DNA of 64,000 bases, from contig NC_068987.1 in assembly GCF_001194135.2 (NCBI RefSeq), positions 12,294,938 to 12,358,937 on the forward strand. Direction: 5' to 3'. Position 1 is the stretch's first letter. Every line of letters begins with the position of its first letter. A program made the translations under genes and the position numbers. The notes beneath the pieces were generated by a model that worked only from the letters and a program-made list of their open reading frames with translations, did no database searches and had not been told where the DNA came from. Below, piece by piece: positions 49,322 to 61,924 of this stretch. Source of the DNA: Octopus bimaculoides (taxonomy: Eukaryota).

Positions 49322-49870
49322 ATATTCATCATCATCATCATCATCATTTAACGTCCGCTTTCCATGCTAGCATGGGTTGGACGATTTGACTGAGGACTGG
49401 TGAAACCGGATGGCAACACCAGGCTCCAATCTAAATTTGTGTTTGAATATATATACATATACATATATAGGTGCAGGAGTGGCTGTGTGGTAAGTAGCTT
49501 ACTTACCAGCCACATGGTTCCGAGTTCAGTCCCACTGCGTGGCATCTTGGGCAAGTGTCTTCTACTATAGCCTCGGGCTGACCAAAGCCTTGTGAGTGGA
49601 TTTGGTTAGACGGAAACTGAAAGAAGACGTTGTATATATTTATATATATATGTGCGTGTTTGTGTGTCTGTATTTGTCCCCCTAGCATTGCTTGATAACC
49701 GATGCTGGTGTGTTTATGTCCCCGTCACTTAGTGGTTCGGCAAAAGAGACCGATAGAATAAGTACTAGGCTTACAAATAATAAGTCCCAGGATCGATTTG
49801 CTAAACTAAAGGCGATGCTCCAGCATGACCGCAGTCAAATGACTGAAACAAGTAAAAGAGTAAGGTAAAA
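49322..49870. mobile_element. Young SINE C 3' end (-, 49322-49436) abutting SINE A (+, 49468-49870)
   Basis: Consensus matches. Confidence 0.9.
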
Positions 49871-49922
49871 GAGTATACATACATATATATATACACGCAT
49901 ACATAGAAACATAACACTCACA

Positions 49923-49953
<31 letters not shown>

Positions 49954-50202
49954 GCTTTTTCTAAAACAAAGAAACAAAATTCCATTGTTAACAAAGCCAT
50001 AAAAAGACATGTTTTATTACCCACATCACACTTCAAAATAAATCGTTTAAAGCACAATACACCCAAATCACTCAGACGTTAATTAGGGATATATTGGTAG
50101 CTACTCACAAAAGATATGTCCTTAATTAGTTTTACAGCTAATCTGATTTATAATCAATCTTTCTCAAGAGATGTACCACCTTTCATACCTACACATACCT
50201 AC

Positions 50203-50307
50203 CTGAAAAAAAAGAAAAAGATTAACATGCCTCATCACCAATTCACCAACAAATCATAAACAAATTAATAACATACCTTCTCATCAATGATTACAAGAAA
50301 TACAAAC
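50203..50307 (-). other. Candidate 31-nt exon (50277-50307) plus 74-nt intron (50203-50276)
   Basis: gtcag|GTTTG...GAGAAG|gtatgt...ttaatctttttcttttttttcag|. Confidence 0.35.
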
Positions 50308-50457
50308 CTGACATCACAATAAAAGAAAACCATCTAAGCAACCAGTGAAGAGGTAAAAAAAAACAACATTCAATAAGCACAAAATGTTAACCATTGAATC
50401 AACAGAAGCACTGGACCACACACACGCATGAAACTTTCAATTTCACTAAAACTACAT

Positions 50458-50505
<48 letters not shown>

Positions 50506-50699
50506 ACACACACACACACACACTTATGCGTGCACGCACACGCATACACACACATACACACACACACACTAAAGGATATAAATGTACCACTAATACTGAA
50601 TTGTAACAGTTCTCGCCTGATGATTACAATGGCATGAAACTTTCAATTTCAATAAACACACACACATGCATGTGTGCAGAGGGAAAAGCAAAGATTGGT

Positions 50700-51145
50700 G
50701 AAGGCATGGGTGTGTAGTCATGAAGTCTGCTTCTTAAGCACATGATTTCGGGGTCAGGCCCACTGCATGGTAATTTATAACCCCAAGGCCTATCAAACCT
50801 TTTGGTAAATGGAAACTTTATAAAATCCCGTCATGTATGTTTATGTGAGTGTGTGCATGTGTGTGTGTATGTGTGTGTGTGTGTGTGCGTGTGCATGGAT
50901 ATGTCTGCGTCTTCTTCTTGTGACATTATGCAACAGTTGTAAATGAGTGTCACCAACGTTTAAGTGGTGTTGCTCATTTCCAATCTTCTGTGGTAACATG
51001 TTCAGCCATAGGGGGAAATATTAGCTTATTAGGAAACAGATGAAGGTTGGCAACAGGAAAGGCATCCAGTGGTAGAAACTCTGCCTCAGTGAATGCCATC
51101 TGACCCACAAAAGCACGGAAAGTGAACATTGAAATGGTGACGATC
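50700..51145 (+). mobile_element. SINE A2 (A head with RTE-like tail)
   Basis: A head, (TG)n, gttgtaaatgagtgtcacc..., caggaaaggcatccag tail. Confidence 0.75.
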
Positions 51146-51227
51146 AGGTTCAGAATTAAGATTGTGGGATTACACAGTCAAGATATATCATTAACTTCTT
51201 CATTCCGTAATTATTATTATTATAATT

Positions 51228-51599
51228 AAGGTGGTGCACTGGCAGGATCGTTAGCATGCTGGGCAAAATGCCCAGTGCCATCTCATCTGTCTTTACATTT
51301 CACCGAGGTTGACTTAGCCTTTCAGCGTTTCAGGATTGATAAAATAAGTACCAGTTGAACATTAAGGTCGATGTAATTGACTATACCCCTTCCTCCAAAT
51401 TTCAGGCCCTTTGGATATAATAGAAAGGATTATCATCATCATCATTACCATCATCATCATCATTACCATCATCATCATCATTACCATCATCATCATCATC
51501 ATTATTATCATTATTGTTATCATTATTATTATTATCATCGTCATCATCATCGTCACTATCATCATCGTCATCATCATCATAATTTTTTAATTATCATCA

Positions 51600-51637
<38 letters not shown>

Positions 51638-51890
51638 GAAGAACAAGTAGAAAGATAAATTTTATTCAACGCATAGATACTGAACAGTATAGATATAAAG
51701 GATAAAATCCTTTTTTCTTTTTAAAAGCAGAAAAATCTGTCGATTATTATTATTATTATTATCATTATTATCATTATTATCATTATTATTATCGTTATTA
51801 TTATTTATTATTATTATTATTATTATTATCATTATTATTATTATTATTATTATCATTATTATTATTATTATTATCATTATCATCATCATC
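51228..51890 (+). mobile_element. SINE B (51228-51430) whose tail expands into a (CAT)/(ATT) microsatellite field
   Basis: Tail type 1 followed by about 460 bp of triplet repeats with an 18-nt higher-order unit. Confidence 0.85.
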
Positions 51891-52145
51891 AAAGCTGGCA
51901 GGCTGACAGAAATGTTTGTACCAGTTGGCTACTGGCAGTCAATGTAATCGACTTTTCTCACCCCATCCCCCTCCTGAAATTACTGTCCTTGTGCCAAAAT
52001 TTGAAACCATTATTAAGTATATGTAATGATATGCATATCCTGTGAGTTGACCTGAGAGAATGTGCTTGAAGCAAAGAAGTTTGTAATATAAAATTTCATT
52101 GACCTCTTAAAAACATACTTGCTGTGAACTTTATTTTTGTTTTAG

Positions 52146-52311
52146 TGACTGTGTCTCAGTCCAATCAATCACACCCTTCTCTCAAAACTAGGAAAGCTAA
52201 GGGAAAGAAGTATTTGCAGTCAGCTCATAAATCTCTGTTGAAGGATTTAAATGCTGCTGTATGTTGGTTTAAGTTATTTACAGAGCCAGGCGACACCAGG
52301 GACTTGTTGCT
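52146..52311 (+). CDS. Candidate 166-nt coding exon of unknown gene
   Basis: ttatttttgttttag| ... CT|gtgagt; open frame TVSQSNQSHPSLKTRKAKGKKYLQSAHKSLLKDLNAAVCWFKLFTEPGDTRDLL; not a repeat seen elsewhere in the window; no homologue recognised. Confidence 0.3.
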
Positions 52312-52344
52312 GTGAGTACACACACACAAACCCCAAAGTAAGCA

Positions 52345-52357
52345 TAGTATATATCAT

Positions 52358-52398
<41 letters not shown>

Positions 52399-52798
52399 GC
52401 AGCATTTAACGTCTGCTTTCCATGCTAGCATGGGTTGGATGATTTTACTGGGGACTGGTGAACCGGATGGCTTGGCTACACCAGACTCCAATCTGATCTG
52501 GCAAAGTTTCTACAGCTGGATGCCCTTCCTAATGCCAACCACTTCAAGAGTGTAGTGCGTGCTTTTTACATGCCACTGGCACGAGGGCCAGTCCGGTGGT
52601 ACTGGCGACGGCCACATTCAAATGGTGTTATTTACGCGCCACCTGCACAGGAGTCAGTCCAATGTTTTGTTCACATGCCACCAGCACAAGTGCCAGTAAG
52701 GCGAATCTGGAAATGATCACGCTCAAATGGTGCTTTTTATGTGTCACTGGCATGGGAGCGAGACCACTGCTCTGGCAGTGATCCCGCTCTAGCAGTAT
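52345..52798 (-). mobile_element. SINE family C with (CAT)n(CAG)n tail
   Basis: Consensus match. Confidence 0.9.
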
Positions 52799-52817
52799 CC
52801 CATCTTTTTGGGACACC

Positions 52818-52822
<5 letters not shown>
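52799..52822 (-). mobile_element. Solo Tc1/mariner TIR (TACAGGGTGTCCCAAAAA)
   Basis: tttttgggacaccctgta followed by (TA)n. Confidence 0.55.
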
Positions 52823-52854
<32 letters not shown>

Positions 52855-52855
<1 letters not shown>

Positions 52856-53060
52856 GTGAAGGTGAGAAGTCAAGTGGTCAGGTGTGTAGCACTCATGATC
52901 ATGAGATTGTGGGTCCAGTTCTCAGATTGCCTGCATGTTGTGTTCTCGAGCAAAACACTTCATTTTCACTTTGGTCCAGTCCACTCAGCTGTAAATGGGT
53001 GACCCTGCAATAGACTGGCCTTCTGCTCAAGGCGAATGTTGGCCTGCTCACTTAGCCAGC
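52855..53060 (+). mobile_element. SINE family D
   Basis: gtgttctcgagcaaaacacttcattttcac..ccagtccactcagctgtaaatgggt. Confidence 0.75.
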
Positions 53061-53193
53061 AGATTGCTTGTTTGTTATACCTTGTTTATCATTTTGTCCA
53101 TGTTCTTTTGCCACATCATGTACCCAGTTATGTATCTATATGTACATGTAGATGAAGGTATGTACATACATATGCATATACTCATATATTGTT

Positions 53194-53236
<43 letters not shown>

Positions 53237-53265
53237 CCTGGGCTGAGGTGGTGAGGCAAGACCTT

Positions 53266-53671
53266 NNNNNNNNNNNNNNNNNNNNNNNNNNNNNNNNNNN
53301 NNNNNNNNNNNNNNNNNNNNNNNNNNNNNNNNNNNNNNNNNNNNNNNNNNNNNNNNNNNNNNNNNNNNNNNNNNNNNNNNNNNNNNNNNNNNNNNNNNNN
53401 NNNNNNNNNNNNNNNNNNNNNNNNNNNNNNNNNNNNNNNNNNNNNNNNNNNNNNNNNNNNNNNNNNNNNNNNNNNNNNNNNNNNNNNNNNNNNNNNNNNN
53501 NNNNNNNNNNNNNNNNNNNNNNNNNNNNNNNNNNNNNNNNNNNNNNNNNNNNNNNNNNNNNNNNNNNNNNNNNNNNNNNNNNNNNNNNNNNNNNNNNNNN
53601 NNNNNNNNNNNNNNNNNNNNNNNNNNNNNNNNNNNNNNNNNNNNNNNNNNNNNNNNNNNNNNNNNNNNNNN
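53266..53671. other. Assembly gap (N)
   Basis: N run. Confidence 1.
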
Positions 53672-54045
53672 TCTGCCAAATCAGATTGGAGCCTGGTGTT
53701 GCCATCCGGTTTCACCAGTCCTCAGTCAAATCGTCCAACCCATGCTAGCATGGAAAGCGGACGTTAAACGATGATGATGATGATGATGATATATATAAAA
53801 TAAATGCGCCCTTTTAAAGCCTAGCCAGGCTCATGGGCCTGGTTTCCTGGTTTCTATGGCGTATGTGTTCCCCCCAGCTGGACAGGACGCCAGTGCATCG
53901 CAGCGTTACTCATTTTTGCCAGTTGAGTGGACTGGAGCAACGTGAAATGAAGTATTTTGCTCAAGAACACAACACATCACCCGGTCCAGGAATTGAAACC
54001 ACAATCTCACAATCATGATGCTGGCACCCTAACCACTAAGCCACA
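53672..54045. mobile_element. Young SINE C 3' end (+, 53672-53790) and SINE D (-, 53820-54045)
   Basis: Consensus matches. Confidence 0.88.
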
Positions 54046-54757
54046 GAGCTTCTCAAAATAAATACTGTAACGGAAGAGTTAATATAGTAATAATTTCAGT
54101 GTAGAAGAAATCATGCATACATGTTTGCATTCATATGTGCTCAGCATTATACAATACAACTGTATATTCACAAATTAATGCAAATAAAGAAAACTTGCTC
54201 ATCAGATCATAAGAGCATCTTGGCTAAATCAACAGTTCAAACTTTCATGGTGTTCTAGTGAGCTAGCTGTCTCTGTTTGCATTGATTTGTGAATATACAT
54301 GTATGCTTTTCTTTAAGGTTTATTTCAGCTCTTAACGGAGTTCAAGCTGGTCACTAACAAAACAACAAGATTTTTGAAGTTAAGAGAGTTACTGGTCTTA
54401 GTAAATATGTTGTTTAGTTGGTGTGTTGGTTGAACTGTTGATGTACTTAACCAAATGCATGCATCTAGTCATTTAAAGATTCTTGGATTGCGAATCTTTG
54501 AAACGTCTTTCAGATTTTCATTGTGCTGCTAATGGACTGAATTTGGAGAATCCACATCAGTTTCTTTCGCTCTTTCTTTGTAAAGTCTAGCATTTCAAGG
54601 CTTTTGTGGAAATCTGTAGATACATTGCCTCTTCTAAGCCTTTATGTAAATCTATAGATACATAACCTTGAATCTACATATGTATGCGTGTGTGTGTGTG
54701 TGTGTGTGTGTGTGCATGTATATATATGTGTGTGTGNNNNNNNNNNGTGTGTGCATG

Positions 54758-54798
<41 letters not shown>

Positions 54799-55924
54799 GT
54801 AACAGTACCTGGTATAGCCTGGCTCCAAAAATATTCTAAACAAATTACACAAGCAGTTACAAAAATAATTTAGTTTTCTTCCAAATCGAAATCCAATTGT
54901 TTTTTTGGTAACACAAAGATCTGTGTAATGTTATATTAGCATAGTATTTCAGACAAAAATTGTAAATATAAAAAATGCAGGAGTATGAGGAGAAAAATTC
55001 AAAAACGTATACACAAATAATTGCACACATTAATTTCGAGCATATCTTAATTAAAGGCCGAACATATAAAAAGGAAAATATATACAAATGAAATTATTTG
55101 ATAATTTAAAAAATTAAACAACTAAAATCATACGAAAAATATTTGTCACAGCAAATAACTGCATACAAAGCAAGAGAACTGAGAGATGATATTTTTAAAT
55201 AGAAATAAATGTAAAGAACTCTAATATGATAAAATAAATAATCGTAACAGATGGTGAGGAATAGACCATAAAATAATATATAAAATATCAAATAGATTTG
55301 TTGTGTAATTCAGTAGGCGTCTGGATTCTGCTAGAATGTTTTACGTCTGTACATAAAAGGTCTCAGTAGCATATCTATAACCAGAATTAATTCCATGTTT
55401 GAAATCTTGTAAGTCTCAGTAAAGAAATCAAATATTTTTTACTATTTTATGCTGTCTCCTGACAGGTTGCATTTGGAGACAAATTATCCATTATATAAAA
55501 GAGGAAATCCACTATACTGTTGTGTATATCTATTGTTGTGCATGGTTATTGTTATGATGTTTATGTTGTTTTTTTTTTTGTTCTCACAGATGGATGCTCC
55601 TCATATTGTCATTTACCATACAACACAAAGCAAGTTCATTTTAATGTTTCCCTGGTGCAAAGGCAGTTGTCTGTGGCAGAACTAAATAATATCTTTCCTG
55701 TATTGGTTTTTATACAGAATTTCTTTTCTTCTAGTCAGATTGCGTTTCCTGTGTCTTGCAGAGTCTGCTTCTGCTGCATTCTCATTCTTTTATTCCTCTT
55801 ATTTATTCCTTTTTCTTATTCTTTTATTCTTGTATTCTTTTACTTGTTTCAGTTATTTTATAACTTTAATCATAATTGTAGTGTTTTGGTAGTGATCTGT
55901 GTATTTTATACATAGTAATTATAG

Positions 55925-56216
55925 GTAGAGCTATGAGGTAAGAAGCTTGCTTCACAATCACATGGTTCATGGTTCAGCTATAGCCCGAGGCCAATTAATG
56001 TCTTACTAGTGGATTTGGCAGACAGAAACTGGAAGAAGCTCATCATATATATGTGGCTATGTGGTAAATAGCTTGCTTACCAACCAAATATTTCGGGGTT
56101 CATTCCCACTGCGTCGCACCTTGGGCAAGTGTCTTCTACTATAGCCTCAAGCCGACCAAAGCCTTGTGAGTGGATTTGGTAGACGGAAACTGAAAGAAGC
56201 CCATCGTATATATGTT

Positions 56217-56265
<49 letters not shown>

Positions 56266-56910
56266 ATGTGTGCGTATATGTTTGTGTGTCTGTGTTTGTC
56301 CCCTCCAACATCGCTTGACAACCAATGCTGGTGTGTTTACGTCCCCGTAACTTGGGGGCTCACCAAAAGAGACCTATAGAATAAGTACTAGGCTTCCAAA
56401 GAATAAGTCCTGGGTTGATTTGCTCGACTAAAGGCGGTGCTCCAGCATGGCCACAGTCAAATGACTGAAACAAGTAAAAGAGTAAAGAGAGTATATATAT
56501 ATATGGTTCAGAAATTTGCTTGCAAAGGACATGGTCTTGGAGTCAGTCCCATTGTGTGACACCCTGGACAAAAGTCTTTTACTATAACCCTGGGCTGACC
56601 AAAGTGTTGCGTGTGAATTTGATAGACAGGAACTGAAAGAAGCTTGTGTGTATGTGTATGCATGCATGTGTGTATATGTGTATGTGTGTATGTGTATGTG
56701 TGTTTCTTTATCTTGATGTTACACAGTAATTATAAAAAAGCATCCCTCCCTTTTAGTTTACTAAGAAAACATGTTCAGTCGTGTTTGAAAACAGGTGAGG
56801 GTCGGTGACAAGAAGGATATGCGGCCATTACAAAACATTGCAAATTCCATCTGGCACATGCAAGTATGGAAAAGTGTATGTGCAAGATGATGATGATGAT
56901 GATGATGATG
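55925..56910 (+). mobile_element. Tandem SINE A fragment, full A (56050-56490) and A2 (56495-56910)
   Basis: Three successive A heads. Confidence 0.85.
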
Positions 56911-57214
56911 CTGTGCTGTGGTGGTGGTGATGTTGTTCTTGGATGATTGTTTGTTTTCATGTCATCTTCACATATGTTTGTGTGATATGCAATATACTCC
57001 ATNNNNNNNNNNNNNNNNNNNNNNNNNNNNNNNNNNNNNNNNNNNNNNNNNNNNNNNNNNNNNNNNNNNNNNNNNNNNNNNNNNNNNNNNNNNNNNGGTG
57101 GTGGTGGTGGTGGTGGTGATGTGTATATTCATAAGTGTGTGAATAGTTGTTGTCTAAGCCCACGTCAACCTCGAATGTGTAGAACTTTGTCGAAATGCAT
57201 TCTAACAGTAACAC

Positions 57215-57600
57215 TCCCAACATTTGGGCAATTTCTAGGACTACACTGCTACATCACATAATTATCCACCATCTTTCCAACAACAACCTCGGGCACCTTT
57301 TTGAATTCCATTATGACAAACACTCGTGGACATGCTTAAAAAAATTAAAAAAAAACAACACAGTACCCTTGACTTTTAAGAAACATTTTTTCACACCCAG
57401 AATTGCTGAAGCATGGAATAAATTACCTGCATCAGTTGTTAGCTTTAGGGACATTATACATCCTTCAAACCTTCTGTGCTTCCTGAAATTTGTCAACACA
57501 ACACCTAATACCCCCCCCCACCTTTTTTATTCACAACTCATTTATTATTCTCTTCCTGTGCATTATTCTATGTGCTGTTCATGTGCTTTTGACTACTTTT
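57215..57600 (+). mobile_element. CR1/L2-like LINE 3' end
   Basis: IIHHLSNNN..NTRGHA..KKHFFTPRIAEAWNKLPASVV is the CR1-type C-terminus (TRGH...FFxxRVVxxWNxLP); a short copy of the same 3' end lies at about 58990-59140. Confidence 0.85.
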
Positions 57601-57604
57601 TTTT

Positions 57605-57840
57605 CTTATTTCTTTACTACCCACAAGGGGCTACACACAGAGGGGACAAACAAGGACAGACAAACGGATTAAGTCAATTATATCGACCCCAGTGCGTAAC
57701 TGGTACTTATTTATTCGACCCCGAAAGGATGAAAGGCAAAGTCAACCTTGGCGGAATTTGAACTCAGAATGTAACGGCAAACGAAATACCGCTAAGCATT
57801 TCGCCCGGCGTGCTAACGTTTCTGCCAGCTCACCGCCTTT
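57605..57840 (-). mobile_element. SINE family B, tail type 2, young
   Basis: Near consensus with CpGs intact. Confidence 0.92.
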
Positions 57841-58329
57841 TTTTCTGGCGAATGCACCAGAGCACTATATAGTATACACCTTTCTTGGGGGTGGAGGCAG
57901 AAAAAAACACATATGCCATGCTGACCTCCACTCAGGGCAGGGCAGCATTTTTGAAAGCGAGGGGCCTCCAGTGACATGGACAAACAAAACCTGAAATTTA
58001 TTTCTATGGTGACAGCTATGCACACACAAGGCACACAGAGCACAGAGTTGAGAGCAGCTTTAAGAACTGTTTATTGGCAGCCAATAATCATTTATTAATC
58101 AAAGAAAAATAACAATAGTAAACTTCTGTATTAATATTAAGGAATAAGCTGAAGACCGACTAACAGGTCGAATTCTAAGGCTTCATGGGCCAGACGTTGG
58201 GCAGCATGGCTGTACACAAGAAGTTCATTATTTTATTTTTTTATATTTTTATATGTCATTCAGTCTCTAAAACACAAGCGAGGACAAATGACCAAGACCT
58301 TGGTGATGTGCTGTATTTGAAAAGACTCA

Positions 58330-58568
58330 TGAAGCCAAGTGAAATTGTAGTCATGGTTGTTACCAGTGCCACGTAAATGGTACCCATGTCAGCGGCACAT
58401 AAAAAGCGCCATTTACACTCTCGGAATGGTTAGCTTTAGGAAGGGCATTCAGTTGTAGAAACCATGCCAAGTAGGACTGGAACCTGGTGCAGCCCTCTGG
58501 CTTACCAGTTCCAGTCAAACCGTCTAACCCATGCCAGCATGGAAAGTGGATGTTAAATGATGATGATG
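58330..58568 (+). mobile_element. SINE family C 3' part
   Basis: Consensus match. Confidence 0.85.
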
Positions 58569-59505
58569 TACGCTATTGCTGAAATTTGGCTGCTATTTCT
58601 GGCAGGTCGAGCAACCATGGGGAATATTCCAGTCTGACTTGTAAAAAAGTTCATAGATTTTTAAGTTACAATATTTAAAATCGGATTGTCAGTCCATTTA
58701 TTAAAACGAATATCAATTGAATTGTCATTTAATCGATTTAACACTCTAGTACCTTCACGGTGTATATGATTTCAGTCAATAGTTTCGTTTCTCGAGTGCA
58801 TTTACAAGAGACAACTCATAGAAACTTTCATACGAGATGCTGACATAACTAAAAAAAAATCAATTAGCTTCTAGAATTATCTCCCTTGTTACATAACCCA
58901 CACAAAACACTTGAAATATATGAATTCTACACTTTATTGTGACTAAATATTTTACTTACAAGTTTTATCTAGTGTTGGGACTCTGTATCCCCCAAAACTT
59001 CCCTGCTTCCTGAAATTAGCCAACAGTACACTTGATGCACCCTCACCTCCGTTTTTTTTTTGTTTTTTGTTTTTTAGTGTCCTATTCATTGATAATTTCC
59101 TGTGCCTATTCTGTGTACAGTTTATACAGTTTTGAGAAAATTAAAGAATTTAAAGTAGTGGGGAAATAATACTAAAAGTAGCAGGAAATAACTGAATGAA
59201 AACTGAACCAATTAGCCTCATATGCTTAAATTCCTGAATTGGGATAAATTGTTCAAAGAATTATAAATTTTCTTATTATAACATTTTCTGACTGAAATTT
59301 TGAAAAATTACATCATAATCTTAATTATGAAATTAATTGTTTTTATGTAATTATTCAATGTTTTTGGTAACCTTGAATGTTCAAACATTACATCTAATTT
59401 ATAAGTATTGCATAAAATGGAATTTATGGAGCAAGGAATCTATTTGTTTTTTTCTTTTAGTTTTACATCCTTGTAATTTCTGTTTAAGTATGGCTGTATA
59501 CTTAA

Positions 59506-59727
59506 CCCTTTTGTTACTGTATTTATTTTGAGATGTTCTGTGTTTCTTTCAATTAATTTCAAATATAACAAAGAATTTAGTAAAATAATTTAATTATCAT
59601 TAAACTGGTGTTAGGAACATAAATTGTGACTAAGGTTTGGTGGGAGATTTTAATTCAGAACTTATGAAAACAAGACATTTGTATTACAGAACCAGAGGTG
59701 GTTTCAGTCAGGTTGGCATCAAAAGGG
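59506..59727. mobile_element. piggyBac-type MITE (second subfamily) inserted in a SINE A head
   Basis: TTAA|CCCTTTTG ... CAAAAGGG|TTAA; flanks join to tggctgtatacttaaggagattgcttccc. Confidence 0.9.
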
Positions 59728-59849
59728 TTAAGGAGATTGCTTCCCAAGAGTGAGGCACCTAGGCAAGTTCCACTGTGTGGTAATATGGGAAAGTGCCTTC
59801 TACTATAGCCACATGTTAACCAAAGCATTGTGGAACTGAAATAAATCTG

Positions 59850-59884
<35 letters not shown>

Positions 59885-60009
59885 TTCATCATTGCTTCAA
59901 TGTCCACTTTCCCAAGCTGCCATGGGTCACAAATGGACTTATTGAAGTTGATTTTCTGTGGTTGGGTGCCTCTCTTGTCACCAACTTTAAGCAATTTCAA
60001 AGCAAGTAG

Positions 60010-60310
60010 ATGTGGAAGAGAAGGAAGAATAGGGAAAGGAGAGATGGGTGAAGAGAAGAAGAGGGAGTTGATGAAAACAAGGGGAGGAGAAGGGAGTGAG
60101 GGAGGAGGAGGGAGTATGGGAGGAGGAGGAGTGAGTGAGGGAGGTGGAGGGGGAGGAAGTGAGGAGGACAAGAAGGAAGAGGATGGAGAGGAGAAGGGGA
60201 CAGGAAAGGAGAAGGGCAGGCAGAAGAAGAAAGGGAGGGAGAGGGGAGAGGATAAAGGGGAAGAGATGGGGGAGGGGATGAAGGGAGGGGAGGTGAAGGG
60301 GAAGAGAATG
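60010..60310. repeat. Purine-rich (GGA/GA) low-complexity tract
   Basis: Almost pure A/G on the + strand. Confidence 0.95.
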
Positions 60311-60449
60311 GAATCTTTCTCCTTCTATAAAATAAATGTGATATGCAAAACCCTTTCCTACATTGAAGTAGCTACAATTTGTGTACTTTTATAAATCAGC
60401 TCTTTTTTATTTCTAAATTAAATTCCTTAATCCTGTTATTCTTTTATAC

Positions 60450-61092
60450 TTTTATTTGTTTCAGTTTTTTTACTGTGGCCATGCTGGAGCACTGCCTTTA
60501 GTCAAACAAATCGACTCCCAGGACTTGTTCTTTGTAAGCCTAGTACTTATTCTGTCAGTCTCTTAGGCCAAACTGCTAAGTTATGGGGGACATAAACACA
60601 CCAGCATCGGTTGTCAAGCAATGATGGGGGGGGGGGGGAAACACAGACACACACACATATTTACACCTATATGTCAGGCTTCTTCCTGACATAAAGGCAG
60701 TGAGCTGGCAGAATCTTTAGCATGCCGGACAAAACGCTTAGCGGTATTTTACCCATCGCTACGTTCTGAGTTCAAATTCCGCTGAGGTCGACTTTACCTT
60801 TTATCCTTCTGGGGTCGATTAAATAAGTACCAGTTATGCACTGGAGGTTGATGTAATCGACTTAATACCTTAATCTGCCCTTGTTTGTTCCCTCTATGTT
60901 TAGCTCCTTGTGGGCAATAAAAGAAAAAAAAATCCATATATATATATATATCAGGCTTCTTCCACTTTCTGTCTACCAAATCCACTCACAAGACTTTGGC
61001 TGACCCGAGGCTATAGCAGAAGACACCTGCACAAGGTGCCACACAGTGGAACTGAACCGGGAACTATATGGTTGGTTAGCAAGCTACTTACC
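60450..61092 (-). mobile_element. SINE A containing an antisense SINE B (60693-60925, +, tail type 2)
   Basis: A sequence resumes (tcaggcttcttcc) after the B insertion. Confidence 0.88.
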
Positions 61093-61224
61093 ACACAGCC
61101 ACTCCTGCACCTCAAAAGAACCACTTTAATTTTACAAAACATATGAAGTTTTCACTTATTTTTCAAAGCAACAAGTCTACTGTAAACTTTCTTACATTTT
61201 GTAAGATAAAAATACATGTGCTCT

Positions 61225-61390
61225 GATATGGCTGTGTGGTTAAGAAATTAGTTTTACAACCACACGGTTCCAGGTTCAGTCCCACATTGGGTTAGTGTTT
61301 TCTACTATAATTCCCAGCAGACCGATGAATGAATATAGGTAGATGGAAACTGTCTGGAAGTCCATTGTGTGCATGTGTGTGTATGTGTGT

Positions 61391-61438
<48 letters not shown>

Positions 61439-61440
61439 CT
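61225..61440 (+). mobile_element. SINE A 5' fragment with (TG)n
   Basis: tggctgtgtggttaag...gttccaggttcagtccca. Confidence 0.75.
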
Positions 61441-61479
61441 ATCGATCCATGGTAAACCTATGATATGGCTATTGTTCAC

Positions 61480-61660
61480 AACAGAACACATGCAACATGT
61501 GGAAAGGTGTGTCTCTCAGTTGAAGGATTGAGCAGTCATTTCAAAAGAGTTCATACTGTGGCACCTGTTTCTTCCGCCAGCCAGCACAGCTGTGCACTAT
61601 GCAACAGAATGTGCAATGCTTTCACCGAACTCTAGAGTCATTCAATAGCTTCACATTGCA
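61480..61660 (+). pseudogene. Decayed tandem CCHH-like fingers, probably an RTE-type LINE C-terminus
   Basis: One frame reads TCGKVCLSVEGLSSHFKRVH...CALCNRMCNAFTEL*SHSIASH; no TGEKP linker. Confidence 0.45.
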
Positions 61661-61871
61661 TCAACAATGACTCATTTCGGTGGTTCTTTCTAGCAATGGC
61701 TTTGCTTATATACAAGAGAGCAGCCAAGCGAGATAAATGTGTGTATGTATGTATGTCATCGTTCAGTTTTATTTCATGATTTCCTGCCAATAGAGAAAAA
61801 GTTGGTTTCTAACCTAATTCAAGGCTCCTTCATTGGAATTTCAACATCAACAACAGGGTATTTTTGTTTGT

Positions 61872-61924
<53 letters not shown>

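Noticed and set aside
59900-60394. 164-aa G/E/K-rich ORF
   Set aside because: SINE C remnant plus polypurine tract; low complexity
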